DNA from: Phoronis australis
Lineage: Eukaryota > Animalia > Phoronida
Direction of reading: 5' to 3'
Assembly (NCBI GenBank): GCA_002633005.1
Contig: NMRA01000186.1
Span: 622,748 to 686,747, forward strand
DNA: 64,000 nucleotides
The translations under genes and the position numbers were made by a program. Of this stretch, positions 26,728 to 41,321 are shown piece by piece; within the stretch, counting starts at the first letter, position 1, and each line of letters opens with the position of its first letter. The notes under the pieces were generated by a model. That model did no database searches. It had not been told where the DNA came from and saw only the letters and a list, made by a program, of their open reading frames with translations.

Positions 26728-29700
26728 ATCGCCAGCAATATTTTCCTTAATGTTTACTCGTGGCGTTCAAAGGCGCTCGTGCGTGTGATCTTTTGTACGC
26801 CAGTTTTCATACATAAAACTACGCCAGCTTAATTGACTGCTTTAAAGACAGACAAAGTGGTCTTTAGGTTCCCTTAACAGCAGGGAAGTTTTGTTCCTGC
26901 ACCCATTGGAGATGCGAGTCATTTTTGGTTCAAAATCTCAGAAAGTTCGTATGAATTTGCATGCCCTTAAATACTTAAGTTCCAGACACGATGGACTACA
27001 TGTACATGTACTTGTAGACACGGATTCATTGAGACATTCCTCCATCAATCTATCGGTAACGTACATTATACTCTCCTAGCTAGCTACACGAGTGTGTTCA
27101 TACAGCTTTGCGCCAACACTAAGTACATTTAGGCCTACAATGTTGCTTAGGTAGGCTGCAAGCTATATTAACTGCTTCGGGTTAAGGTAAAAGTGAGCTA
27201 CATGTAAACAAGATTTGATACAAAACTGTCGCCTTTAAGATTTTAAAACTTTAACGATGCTGAGATGCACCGTTTCTGTAGCTTGATATTGAGGATTTTT
27301 CTGAATAGTTTTGTAGCAGGTGTGTTTTTGCGGCTGAGGAAAGCGTGAATGGAGTGAGTAAATATCTTTTCATGGGCGGCGCACCGTAGGGGGCTTGGGG
27401 CTATAGCCCCCACCTTTTCAATGCTGCACCGCCCCCATGCTTTTCAATTATGTTTTGTGGAATAATTAATAAGTTTTGGATGAAAGTTGCGGAGGCTCTT
27501 GGCTTTAGTGAGTAGTATTGGTAATAATGGAGCCGTGGAAGTGTTATACAAAAATCAGCGTATCTTGAGGGGACATTTCTTTGTCGCTTGGATGAATCAA
27601 CATTGATATCATCATGAAAATCTGAGAAAAATGGGGGTAAGAGCTTATTGCAAGACTGATAGAAAACTTTTAGACAGGAAATATGGAAATGTCGTTCTAG
27701 GAAAAAGATTCAGTGACCGAAAAAACAGGTCAGTATGAGCTAGGAAGTACTATGATGAGGTAATATTTGGAACAGCACATTTTTGTAATACTTGTAGTCG
27801 ACGGCAGTTGAGGAAACCCCAGCGCAACGCACTGTCGCGGGTAACTCCGATCTGGGTCCGCGCGAGACTCATTGCCCGCGGAACGTCGTCATAGACGAGT
27901 CCTGTGGTTGCAGTTTTTATTGTCGCTTTTACACAATTGTTCCAATAGCCCAGACAAATTCTCAGGGATGACATAATTGCCATGAAATCCGATCTGGGAT
28001 GCGGCACCGGCGATTCCGCGCTGGGCCAGCTAGTCAAATGAGTGGCCGAGGGAAGGATTTGATGACCCAAATGAAACGTTCTCAACGGAGTTACCGAAAA
28101 TATCTGCTAAGACTGGTTGTTACAGGATGGAATTTCACTGCGGCCTAAAAGTACATTAGGCGGGCTATGCGCGTTCGCTCAAGTTAAACAACCGGACTGT
28201 GAGTACTTCAGACATTTGGAGGTTACGCTGATTTTGGGGGTCTCCCTCTAAAATGTTTCAGAATTTAAACGTGTTAACCTGAATTTACATGCATTGCATT
28301 AGTCTTGGTAGGTTTCGCTGTTCAATGCATATTTAAAAACATCAAAGAAATCCTCGTTTACGGCAGTCAATATTTTAAAGATTTCAAACTTTGGTAAAAC
28401 TTTCAGACCACCTAATCTTCAAAATCTCCTCTGACTATCCACGCTCGACAATGCAATGACGCACGAAAACATTACCATCTTCAAATTAAATGTATAGTAT
28501 TACTGATTGGAATACTCTTGTTGCGAAAATAATATTATGACACTACCGGGTATTATTCACAAACAGAGGTATTCGAGGCTGCCAAACATTCAACTTTTCC
28601 AAGTCCACAAAAATTGTTTCATGTGTACTTTTATTCATTTGTGATAAATTGCCATAACCCAACAACTGGCATTTTCCGAGTACTATTTTCAGATTTTGTC
28701 GGTCGTTTTTACCCCACAAGGGAATTGTTTACTTGTCGTTCTGCGTAAACATGTAACGAGTAACGAGTAGGTACGAAAAAGATTAACGATACATAAATTG
28801 GCGATCCGGCCTACCGTTGGAGCGCTTAGTGCTGTACATGATACCGGTGGCGGATTAAGCATGACGAGGTACGTGTTACAATTAAGTCGAAGCCCAGGGC
28901 CCCCACTCAAATGCTCATACAACGATTATCGCAAAACAAAAGGAAAGTAGGGTGTAATTTTTACTTTTGAGTTGTAAGCAAGTGAGGTGGTTTCTACACG
29001 ACGAGACAGATTGTCTCGGCTTGTGCAGTGCTAGCCAAGAATAAATTGGACAATTTCATGAATCACCGCTAATCAGGGGCTTCGCGATTGCGACAATTAT
29101 GATATATATATATATATGAATAATACCTATGCCAAATATATACCGGACGGGTACATTTTGTGCAAATTTCGCAGACTTTGTCGTCCAAGAGCCCGCTCCA
29201 AAACTGACTTAAGTTCAATTTTGTCTGTTAAGTCTAAAATTTGTCTCAAAGGCAAACTTTGAAACTTACACATCCCCCTTTCTTGAAACAGACTTTAGAA
29301 AGGAATTGACCAAAATATATTTTTGACAAGCTTTCGCGTTCCATACCTCTTTAGAAAACCCAACCAAACTTTAATTCAAGAATCGTCATAAAACCAAACA
29401 GACGCGTTATGATTAGTGAATCTCTGCACTTTTAGGGACCCGGCGCAGACTTTTATGAACATGTTTTGAGCAGCACGAAAACACCTATATTTTTTAACAT
29501 CGCTTACTCATTGGGGCCCCGCACTCGTGACCCTACACATAATGAAAATGGCGGTACCCCATCACTAACATCCCACTGGAAATCGGGTTCGCATCACGAG
29601 GCCAGTGCTTTCATAGCCGTCGAAACATGTGCGCACACGTTTGGTGCCCTTAAAAATGCTGTGATCGCGATGCCGCTCAACAAAGCGGGGGGCCCGTAGT

Positions 29701-30431
29701 ATATGTGCACATGCAACTTCTGCTACGTTATTAATCTGGCACAGCATACAACTCGATCGCGAGCGTTTCTTATTAGGATCAACCTGCTTATAGCAGAGCC
29801 CTATTTTCTTGACGTTCACGAAATGAAACAAAAATGCGGGAGGGATCAAGGGGCACAAATTCAGATCCCGTCGTCCACAACTTCTGCTCCATAACCCATT
29901 CGTCGCAAACATCTCTGGTCTTGGTGACGGTAGCGATCTAGACTAGAACACGTGACGCGAGTTAGATACGATTTTAGGATATAATTTTGACTTTCAGTAG
30001 TATTGTATTTTAAGAATGAAATTCACTTGATCATTGAGCCAAATAATCTTTAGGCCCATATAAAAAGTATCAAAAGCAGCTGCGAAATCCGGTGAAATAC
30101 AGGAAGAAATAAAAATCACCTTGGAAATGTGTAGCCTAGACGCGTACCGGAAACCTGGTTTATAGGTTCATCAATTTTAGAAAGTGAAAATGAGGATATG
30201 ATGCAGTTTGAAAAAAGTTCTTTTTATTAGCCTATGGTTTAAAGAAAGTGTACTTTGACTAAATGAGGAGGTTCCGTCGGAGCTCCCTCGGGTACATTGC
30301 TGTACGCAAAGGTCGTTTCGAAATCAATTCTTGGAACACGTTCAAACGCGTTTGTGTTGGGTGCCGGATTACTTCAGACAGGCAAAAATCATCTGCCGCA
30401 TGTTGCTGTCGGCTGACGCACATTTTCTTAA

Positions 30432-31397
30432 AGTGTACGCAACATGACTCTAGTACCTCAAAATAAATTTTATTATTATATCTTACTTGATTTCAGTGCC
30501 TTTAGTGCACAGCTCATAAAGAAACACGTAAAAATTGAAAAAAATAATAATTATGTACAACGTCATGGGTTGAACCCAAGTCGTTCGGCACACTGTTCGG
30601 ATTCAGCAACTAAGTGTATAGAGTGAAGTGAAAGTAAAGTATATTTAGCGTCGAGAAGGTTCGTAGAGTGATGAAAAGATGTGTTTGCGGAGGCTGCAGC
30701 AACAGCAGTCAGACGGAGAACGTCTCGGTGTTCCGAAGGACGCCAAAGTTGCGCAGTAGTGGCATCGCTTCGTGCGCCGAACGAGAGTGTGGGACCTCAG
30801 CGTGGACCAAGCGATTCTGTCCGGAGCCACTCTGTGTTATGTCCATTTTGAGAAGTCGTCTTTCGACTCCAATCAGAGGAGATGTTACGATGAAGGCCTG
30901 GTTCAATAAAGGACAATATTTACTATTCAGAAACATCGGCTCTTTATTCAGGATCGTCTGTTGGATGACTGGGTTGACTGGCCGAGCCCGAGGCCGCTTC
31001 TCTAGCGGGAGGATCCACTTCGTAAGGCCCCGAAGTAGAAAAGTACGCAGCTGAAAACATATCAAACTCGTTCTCGCTCTCGTGCAACCCCATTTCGTCA
31101 TCCTGGCCACCATTCTCGTACGTTTCTTCATAGTATTTGTTCATTTCTTGCTCATAATCGTTGTGGCTTTCAAATTCCCTACTCTCCGCCGTTGTTCAAT
31201 GCTAGTCGCTGATCTCTTGTGTTCAACCCATGATGTCACATGGCGGGAAATGTGAAAATTGGCAAAAATTGAAAGAGAAATCAAAATTTCGAGCTAATGA
31301 CACAAAATAATCATGGATTTGGCTAAATTTTACGTCATACATCTAGTCTGTGGCCACTGGTAATTCGAAATGTGCAAAAATCCATGGTGTGTACTGT
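30432..31397 (+). mobile_element. Non-autonomous Kolobok-like DNA transposon with THAP remnant, copy 1
   Basis: TTAA on both sides; imperfect TIRs AGTGTACGCAACATG / CATGGTGTGTACTGT; MKRCVCGGCSNS..VSVF THAP-like start. Confidence 0.7.
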
Positions 31398-33599
31398 TTA
31401 AATCTCGGCCCGGCGTCTGCATCTTAGCTCACAGAGGCATAACCAAGATTGCCTTAGTCGTGACTAAATCTTATGTTTTAATCAGCGACAGGATCTTCTT
31501 CTCAATCATTCGTTCTCCTCACATTGTTAAAATGCATTGATTTTTCATTCCCGTCATATATCTATAGGTAATTTCAGTATCTCAAATATAAAATTTAATA
31601 CTGAAATAGACAGAGTTAAAACATTTCGTTTGTGGCTTAGGACAAATAATTCAAGACTCAAAGGTCGTCGTGGGGATATCACATCGATGGCGTACGTCGT
31701 AAAATAAGCAAGTTTTCTGGTGTTTTAAACAGGAGGTTATAACACTACATTTCAGTATTGAGAATATTTTATAACAGTAAAATATTGCCTCACCTAAATT
31801 ATAGTACACTACCACGGGGCAGCGAACATAAGCAATGATTCGGTTTGCAGAAGAAAGTTATTAGAATTATACATTTTTGAAAATATGTCTCATTGTGCGA
31901 TCTTAAAATTGAAGATTTATATATGTCTGCCGTTACCAAATTTTTTTATAAATGTGTTAACCACATGCTAGCAGTTTCTGTACTATCAATATTGCTCCCC
32001 GTTCTAGCATTCACCATTACAACAGGCGACGAAATGTATTACAAACTGACTTTTGTTCTGAAAATGCTTTTTTAAAAATTCTCTGCGTAATGTTTTGCCT
32101 ATCCTTAAAAACAGCCTTCCATATTAATTGTATCCTAGACAAGATTTATACACATTCTCTATTAAGTGTAATAAATTATCTAAGAAGCTTTATTTGCTGT
32201 TATATCTATCTAATGTGGCGGTAAACCACAGAAGGGCTAGATGGCTATAGCACCACATTTTTCAGTGCTGTGGCGCCCATGAGTTACTTTTGTATACTTT
32301 ATGGGTGACCCTGGGGTAAAGTCTTTCGCAGTTAATTTCCTAATTCAATAAGAATTTTTAGTTTTGTATTCTACAGGGCATGAAATAAACGCCGCCGCCA
32401 CCACCACCATGTTACGAGCTGTGAAACGTCGCGTTCTACGGTGATTTTGTTATCGCAGACTTTGCCCAATTCTTAATACCAACAAAACAAGTTTCAGTCA
32501 AACCAGCGTTCAATTAGCAGTAAAATGCTTAGATTTTCCAGACTTTTCGATACTTTCCAGCTAAACTAGGCGGGGATTGAAGGCGAGCGTGTACGGTCCT
32601 TCCGCCTTTCGGGAAACTGCACGTAGTCGTCCGCACTAGTGAAAGAATTACACTGACGATGGTACTAAGCGTTTATTCTAAACCAATACTTCTCAAATTC
32701 TAGACAATGTGGTTTAAAAACAGAGGATTAGATAAAATGAATAACATTAAAAGTTTATATAAAAAGAATGAATTAAATATGCACAAATCTACAAATACTA
32801 GAAAGACAGCAGATATACACCAGGTAAAGAACGACACAAAGGCATTTAAGCAGACATTGAAAAATACATAATAACACTTCAAAAGATATATGTCATATAA
32901 ACACTTAAAAAGAAATACGCCATAAAACACTAAAAAAGATATAAGTCATAAAAATTAGATAAAGCCGTAGCAGAGTGAGCGACATGAGCTAAATCAACTT
33001 CACTCGGCTCGAAGAAATTCAAACAATACCAGGAACGAGTCGAACGACTTGAATTCGGGTCACAGAGTACATTTGGTTCTGGCAATCTGATATGGTATTT
33101 CAGTTGTCAACAAGTCAAAGAGGTAACTAGTATCTACAAATGCAAATGACATAATATTCACATATTTAACAGTATCTCACTCTCTGAAGCCTATTTTGCC
33201 GAAGGTTGCTTAGCCAGTCGTATCTTGGATTTTTACCGACACACTTTATAAAAAGTGTTTTGTGACCTATAAGTATGAACCTGAACAATGATAAGTTTAG
33301 ACCACGTCTACGTTTCCTACCATGAATAACACAGCATGGCACTCGCGATAACATTGTTGTCACTGCAGCTACGACCAGGCCTACGCCAATAGTTGTCACT
33401 GCAGCTACGACCAGGACTACGACCATGGATAAAACGAGTTTACTACCTTGAAAAGCATCTTCACTGCTTTTCGAAGTACAAAAGAAGAGGTCACTGACGA
33501 AAAGATCAATGCGGAACGTTGAAATGCGACCATGACTGTTTCTCATTATCACATAAATAGCCATTAGATGACGAAGGTTAAACCCGTCCGAAATTGGGA

Positions 33600-35362
33600 A
33601 AGCCCTATTGTCTCTATTTCAAAACTATTTGGCAAATTTCATAAAAGTCTACCAAGGAACTCCAAAGATACAGAGACAAACCTACAATAAACAAATTGTC
33701 ATTAGAGGGCACAGTGGTAATCGAATCCATCCATCTGTGGTCACCTGCCAATTTCCAAAATGACCATCTGAGCCGCTTGACCTACAGGAGCACACACCAA
33801 AAAGCAGATTCAAAAATAATTGACATAGTCACTACACTAAATACGTGGAATCCAACACAAATTCAAAAGGTCACATCATCTTCGCAAATGAAAATTATTC
33901 GCTAAACCTTAAGAAAACACGCCACTGCAGTGGTAAAAAATAATAACACTACTGGAGGGGGGGGTGCATGGTGGTAGTCAGTATTGTTCAAAGTCAAGGT
34001 CAGTCATTGCCACATCGAAAGAAAAACACTGGCAAAAGTTGATAAGGCATCAGGAGCTACAGTCAAGGTTCCCAAAAATACATAATTACCACCAGGGGAC
34101 GCCATAGGGCCTAAGGACGTCACCTCCATCCAAAATTTCCATGTCAGCCATGGTCTTCGCATGTGGAACACAAATGCTACGATTCAAAACGATCCTTTGA
34201 GTAGTTTGGCAGATAAAGAGGCGGATGCTAAAAAACGAACTCAAAATAACGCAAGGGGCCAAAAGATGACACACAATGCATTGAACTTGTTTGAGAAGAG
34301 AAAGATTTAGTTGTCACCTTAACAGAAACCTACTTTCCAAAAATCCATCAATGAAGTCCAAAAATACAGATGAACATAAAAAATCCAACACTGCCACTAG
34401 GGGGCACACTTGTAATCAGATTTGTCGGAAATTTGTCATAATCTGTAATCATCTCTGAAGGAATATATCTGCCAGATCCTCTATAGAGTTAAGGAGATAC
34501 AGCCATGGACCCCAAAAATGTCACTAGGGGTTGCTGCAGAATTCAAACCCCTCCGAAAATCAGTGTCAGCATTGGTCTTCTCATCAGGAAAACATCTGCC
34601 AATTTTCATAATGATCATTTGAGTGGTTTAGCGAATAGGCAGGTGGATGTCAAAAACTAAAAATTGTTAAACTTACCACCAGGTGTTGCAGAATACATCA
34701 AACCCATCCGAAAACAGGAAGGCGTCATTGTCTCTTCAACAGAAATCTATTTACTAAATTTCATGAAAATCCATCAAGGAACGCAAAAGATACAGAACCA
34801 AATGTAAAACAACAATAAAACTGCCACTACGGTGCACACCTGTATTCCGAAAGGTCTGAAACTCCTCGTCATCCGTTATCATCTTCATAGAAATATATCT
34901 GCCAGATTTCACAGAGATCCTTTGAAGAGTTAACAAGATACAACTGTCCATTTTCATAATGATCTATAAGCGGTTTGGTGGATAGGAAAGCCATCGTCAA
35001 AAACTTACTCAAAAATTTTAAATATTTTTACCAGGTGACGCAGAATTCGTCAAATCCCGTCTGAAGACTGGAAGACATCATGGTCTTTTAAACAGATACC
35101 TGTACGCCAAGTTTCATGAAAATCCATCAGGGAGCTACAAAGATACAGAGGCAAACATAAAAACACAATTGCTACTAAGGGGCACAGTGGTAGTAGAATT
35201 GGTCTGAAATACGGTTGTCGTCAGCTTCATAAAAACTCGTCTGACAAATATCATTATGATCCTACAAGGGGTTTAGGAGATATAGCCCTGTACACCGGAC
35301 TGCAAAATGGACGCCCTAACAGAGATGACGGCAATATGCACTCACATGTGGACGCACAAAAA
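33600..35362 (-). mobile_element. Older, diverged copy of the same Helentron-type family
   Basis: Degenerate units (gccactagggggcacac, aaatttcatgaaaatcc); end acagagatgacggcaatatgcactcacatgtggacgcacaaaa; left boundary approximate. Confidence 0.7.
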
Positions 35363-35566
35363 TGACATAAAGTTGTAGCTAAGTTCTCATTGTAGATAGT
35401 GTAGTGCCATTGTGGATGTCTAGCTCAGGCACTCCACAAACCAAGGGTCTCAAACAGTAACTGATGTTGCCTTCCACGAACATTGCGTCAACAAGAGGAC
35501 GTAGACTTATAGTAACTGTACATGCATTGGAGCAACGAAAACTTAATACAGCACTGCCGCAAAGTC

Positions 35567-37650
35567 CTACACTTTTAAGGGCACCAGCCTATGTTCTGTG
35601 ATCTTGAATTGGGCAAGTGTGGCGGCTATTGTTGTTTTCAACGAATGGTCTAAGTTGACCGTATAGGGTAAGAAATTTTCCAAATCCTTTAGCTTAAATT
35701 GGTGTATTTGAAGAAATCTTGTGAAGAGTTCAGGATCGTAATCTAAACTCAGCAGTGACTTCCAGTCTGCTGGTGTAGAAAGCTTTTTCTCATTCTCCTC
35801 ATAGACATCAAGCAGCAACCGATCTTTATCTACGCTAGTGCCAAAGATGGTAGCCAATTGACACGTGTCTTCATAAATCTGAATCAACCAGCTTATTCTG
35901 TAAGGCCATTGCTCTGTCAGCAGCACCCACCAGGCAACATCACGAACATCTTTGATGGGCCTTTGACTACCTTGTTTATTCGACCTCTCAATTAACTTCA
36001 TAACCAAGAGCAAGATATTGCAGATGCGAGTCATGTTGCGAGGATTGGCAAACACAAGTTCTGGTTGCAACTTATACTGATTTAAAGCCAGGATCAGTGG
36101 ATTTTCTGAAGCAACTGTTGAACCATCGTCCCTTGGAGGAGCATTCTTTGCAGTTCCATCAACAACATCTTTCTTCAATGGTATTCCATTACCCTCAGCA
36201 GCAGGAGCATTACTTAAAGCGGGATTACCATTGGAGGCTGATGGAAGAGCAGTTCTTCTATCATGGCTTTTGAGTTGGATAGCTTCAAGTTTCTGATTTA
36301 GAAAATCACAGACTTTATCACCGGTAATATCAGGAATGCAGAATGGAAGCTGCACAATCTTCTTCAAATACTCGTGTCCGTTGATGTTAGCATCCAGCAA
36401 CACTTGACTGAAAGACTGCTCCACTGCTTTCACTACAATTCGTGGATCTATGGCAATCACAGAAATAAAAGGCGAGGAGTCGTCGGACAATAAAATGTTA
36501 ATGGCCTCCAGAATCTTGAGAATCTTCTTATCTTCAACCCTGTCCAAGTCATCTATGACGAGCAAAATTCGAAACCTCTTCTGATACAAGCATTCCATGA
36601 ATGCGACAAGATGCTGGACAAGCAAAACCTCCATGCGAATCTTGTGCATGAAACCGAGTTGCTCTTCAAACTGAGGCCCAGTCATCTGCTGCTGCAGGTT
36701 GGATATTCTCTCTGCTTGTGATGTGTAAAGACTCTTGGAGATGTTATAGACAGATATGATTTGTGACAGTGTCGCTGCTCCCAACAATCCACCACTGACA
36801 GCCTGAAGTATGACAGCAATGTCGACAGTACTCAGAACAGTTGAATATATGATAATAGTCATTATAGAGACGAAAACAAAAGTACAAAATCCCAGCCATC
36901 CAAGGTATTTGGGCAATGAATCAAAAATCACTGTTCTGTCTTCCACTGGGACACTGTAGCAATTGGTTTGTGCATCATAGGAGTGTCCCATAGTGCTTTG
37001 GGAGGCACTAGTCTGACCAACCCTCTTGGCCTGGTCCACCGGTTGTCCACTCTTATTGGTGTCTTTCTGCACGAGATCCTCTAGTTGTTCGCTAACGTCA
37101 GCCTCTACTACACGGAACAGTCTCGTCTTCCAGTAGCCAAATTTCTTCTCCACGGCACTGCACAGGTTAGTAACTATACCCGCCCACAAGAAGTCTGAGC
37201 CTGCGTACTCCCATGCATTGAAATTGACTTGGATAATTTCTAAAGGTGCTGAATGGGAGTCTACTTTCTCTGGATGTTGCGGCTTCTTGCACAACAATAG
37301 AACAAACAGCTTGTTGATTTCCTCCAGAGAAACGCTTGAGCTGTATTTACCTAGTATACACATGCAACATGTTGCTATGACGAGAACAACAAAAATAAGA
37401 CCGACTGTACCAAGCCACGTGAGCACCGGGACAGGACTTGCTGGTGTCTGTGTGGTAGTTACTGCTGATGTGTTGAATACTGGAGAAGGCATGTCCTTCA
37501 AACCAAACCAAAACATCACAACACAGGCACCAGTGGCGACACACATGAACAAAAGAAGGAGGAGGATTAAATAAGCTAAAAACGGTACTTTTATGGAGCA
37601 ACACGGAGCTTTGTGAAAGCTTGTCTTGGTTTCCGCTTCGTTGTTCTTTG
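35567..37650 (-). CDS. KAP-family P-loop NTPase (NKPD1/Kidins220-like), terminal exon with four predicted TM helices
   Basis: FNAWEYAGSDFLWAGIV, Walker B LLVIDDLDR, YLKKIVQLPF, NPR, WVLLTEQWPYR; ttattccag acceptor at 37651; TAG stop at 35567. Confidence 0.95.
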
Positions 37651-37860
37651 CTGGAATAAAAATTATGTCTGAATCAATAAAACATAGAGATGTGGATTTC
37701 TTGCTAAATACTCAGCTATTATAGAGTGAGACAAGCTTTCCTCAAACTGAACAACATTCTGAAAGTACCACTGTTAAATCAAAACCTCACTGCACTGCTT
37801 AGATTCACTGTGTGTTGGACAATGCAGACTACAACAAAACCTGCATTTTTAATGGAGTTA

Positions 37861-38083
37861 TATAGTAGGTAAATAAAGCAACAAGAATGGATCAACTGAA
37901 ATTTTTGGATACAATAACATCCTTCGTCAACAAAAACAGAAATAAAGTAAAATAAAACACTATATGACAATTGACACTTAAAAGTGTGTGATTTTGCTTT
38001 ATTTCTGTTTCTGTTGACGAAGGATGTTATTATATCCGAAAATTTCAGTTGATCCATTTTTGTTGTTTTATTTACCTAATATA
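37861..38083. repeat. ~90-bp-arm inverted repeat, probable Penelope pLTR remnant
   Basis: Arms 37861-37953 and 37991-38083; contains TTGACGA-a-ggat[loop]atcc-GAAA-at-TTC. Confidence 0.65.
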
Positions 38084-38613
38084 TTCTACATTTCGTGAAA
38101 CAATAGTATCCTTGAGAGGATCTGGATCGTGTTATTTAGTTTCAGATTTATTTTCTCCATTAATGGAGTTAAAATTTCTTTGTGCTCATTTTTGCAGACA
38201 AATACTAACTAAACTAGCACTGTTTCTCTGCCAGTATGTATAAAATTGCCGTTCCCCGAAATACCTTGGAGACACTTTGAATTTGTGTTGTTTAACCATA
38301 ATACCACACTAAAGCAGGAAACTTATATGACTATAATGTTCTCTGGAAGCACATTAGTAACAATTTTACATCCAGATTGTCTCATCACTGTCCTGTCACA
38401 ATAGCACAGCCACTTATTCTACAGATGTCTGCATCTGGCAGGCTCAATGAGCAATGATATGTTTTTCTATACAATTCCCACTCAGCACAAGAGTGTGAGT
38501 TGGTGGCAGAACTGTTTTAAAAACTAGGCCAATCATACAATGCAATTTTCTACTTCCTAAATGATAAATAAATTAATAAAAAAAATCAACCAATGTTTTA
38601 TGCGGCAACAAAC

Positions 38614-38815
38614 CTTCTACTTCATTTGTTAACTGGTCCAACAGAAAAGTCTTTCCTTTTCCCCAGTTGCCATAGATACCAACAGTAATTCCAGTTGGTA
38701 CATCACTGTCTACTAGAAGGCTAACCAACTCTTGTGCGTAGTCTTGGTAACCAAGGCAGTCCCTTTTTCCTGCTGAACCATCGCCAGTGATGTGCGCATC
38801 TTGGACTATGAAGTT
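38614..38815 (-). CDS. KAP-family P-loop NTPase, Walker A exon
   Basis: DCLGYQDYAQELVSLL...ITVGIYGNWGKGKTFLLDQL = KAP N-terminal D.LG...YA..L motif plus Walker A (G.WG.GKT). Confidence 0.92.
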
Positions 38816-38859
38816 CTGAAAACAATCACTTATGACCATCAGTATGATTGAGACAAAGA

Positions 38860-39235
38860 ATGGTCAAAAGTGAGATGAAAGAGGATGGTAAGGTAAAGAA
38901 GGATGCAAAATGGAGGCAAGGACAAGGATATGGGAGCAAGGTAGAGAAAGAAGTAGAGAAGAGGAGGGCGAAGAAAGAGGTAAGATTTAAGGCAAGGTCG
39001 GGAAATGGGAGGTAGGGGGACAAAAAAGAGCAAAGAGAACAGTGAAGAAAGTGTTAGATGGGAGAAGGGGAAGAGAAAAAGAAAAAGAAAAAAGAAGAAA
39101 TGAGGAGGGTGGAGGTGAGAATGAGGGGAAAGGCAGGAAAATGTGAGGGAGGTGAGAAAGAGGAAAAAAGAAGAGAGTGATGTAGGTAAGGGAGAGGGAA
39201 GACAAAAAGGAGAGAAAGGGATGGTGAAGCAAGGG
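38860..39235. repeat. Purine-rich (GA) low-complexity tract; related tract at 40230-40470
   Basis: Strong G/A bias on the plus strand; aggt(a/g)aga..aggcaag..ggaaatggga..ggaca shared by both tracts. Confidence 0.75.
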
Positions 39236-41321
39236 TATTCCTGACCAGGTGTGAACCTGTGTGTGCCCTTTGGACACACCTGATAATAAAAAGTGTGCTC
39301 TTTTTCAAAAATTTGTGCCCAGTAGACAGTGAAATTAAAGTGGTGACATATGAAACAGAAACCCCAAGGGCAATCCATAATAGAATGCTGGGCTCGACCT
39401 GGGGTCGCCAATGTGACCTCAGATTGTGTTTGGCGACCTGGGAAAAATTCCAAGTCACCAAGATGTTGCCACTCATGGTTCCAGTTGACTTCAAAACTTG
39501 AAATTACTACAGATAAGTGTTTCTGGATTTATTACGGCCTTTGATTCACAATATTGTTCCGTATATTTCATAAATTGAATACATTCTGCCACCACATTTA
39601 AATTACAACAGGAAGTAAACAGACAGAAGTTGGAATGTTCAGCAAAAATTGGATTCGCGCCAGTAGGCTATGCGATCCTCTGCGTCCTATGCTTGCTCAT
39701 CGGTCGCCAGCAGGAACAGGGGTTAGAAACTGAATGTACGTATGTCTACGGGGAAAAGTAGAGAATTGAAAGGAAAATGAGTGCCTCCTTGGAAACGTCG
39801 GGGCCGATGATTTTGTTTTCAATTTTGGCAACCTTAGATTTCGTTTGGCGACCAGGCATTTTTGCTAGGCGACTTGAATGACATTTACCTATAGGTGTTG
39901 AGCATTGGAATGCCAAAGTCACAGCTGGAGCCAAGCGATGCGTTGTCATTAGTAAACAGAAAACATAATTTACAATCAAATATTCGAAAACCTAAAGGGT
40001 CTATATATTACCTAAGTGGCTGCAAGTTGACTAAATCTTGCATTTGAGTGTTGCCTTTTAAAAAATGCGCTGGGAGATGCACTGCTGCGATGTACTTGCA
40101 CCTTTTTATTTTTATTCGCTAATGGCGGGTCCAGAATATACCTGGTGAAGGACGTGAGACTGAGGCAAACACGGAAATCTCGAAATGTCGAAACATGTCA
40201 AGACGGTTTAATTCCATCACTGTTTTTATAGACAAGGAAGTGCAGAGGTAGGGAGAAGGGAAAGAGCATGGAGACAAAAAGACGGTGAAGGACAAGGTGA
40301 GACTGAGGCAAGAAAGAGGAAATGGGATGGAGGGAGGACAGAAAGAAAAAGGAGAAAGCTGTGTGAAGAAGCAGGTGAGACGGAGGTCAGGATGGGAGAA
40401 CAGGAGTAGACGGGAAGATAAGAGGAGGAGAGAGGAAAGTTGACAAGGTAATTTGGAAGAGAAAGTGAGGTAATGCAAGAATGGGATTCATGCTACAAAA
40501 TGAGGAGTGATGAACACCCACATTCAGCTTAATGCATATTGTGAAATGTGGACAATGGCAATTGGATAATAAGAGACAAATAGTGAGCAGAAAAAATGAG
40601 ATCCAAACAAGAAAACCATATTATAAAAACTAGTAGCCCGTTCAAAAATTGCACCCTGACTTCATTTGTCTTCAGTCACAGTCTCGGCTAACATACACTG
40701 AACTCCGACAGAAGTGACAATCAAAGAATAAGCAATTGTGACGGGACGTTAGTAACGCTTATTGTTATTCTTATTTAGTTGCAAATGTTCAGTTATTCTT
40801 ATGCTAATGTCTTTGTTGCGTCTCAGTGCGCCTTTGTTACGTGGGCATGCGGGCGCGACTGTATGTGTTGGGCACTTCGCTAGCAACAGGCTTAGGAGAA
40901 GGGTCTTTCCTTCCTTAATTTGCCTTCATGAAAATTGATTGTTATCATGTGTAACTGAACTGAAACATATGCCTGATGAGATGAAATACACATTTTTGAT
41001 GTTCAGTGGAGACTTGCTCTGTTACACAATGAAACTGGGTCAACGTGTCTTTAATGTTACCACCATGTAGCCATAAAGCACAAATGCCCCCCCGTCTCTT
41101 TATTCAAGCTGCATCACATTAGCATGAGCATGCACGCCACAGCTTTCAGAGAGACAAAACTATTAGACACCTGACATGGCTCTGAGAAGTGAGAGTTTTG
41201 TTGGGATACTTCCACGGGCTATTGTATTATGTTTACTTAATATTCTGCAATTCCTTGGTGACCAGAAAGAAATTTATGAGACAGTTCAGTCCTTAAACAA
41301 TTTGTACAAAAATTGTGTTAC

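Noticed and set aside
27365-27440. FHG-like codons as the missing PARP catalytic exon
   Set aside because: They are the start of a tiny catgggcgg...ccgcccccatg inverted-repeat element, with no PARP context
40142-40219. Candidate extra exon of the KAP gene
   Set aside because: Begins with TGA in the phase required after the 41322 micro-exon; use as an alternative first exon cannot be excluded but has no support
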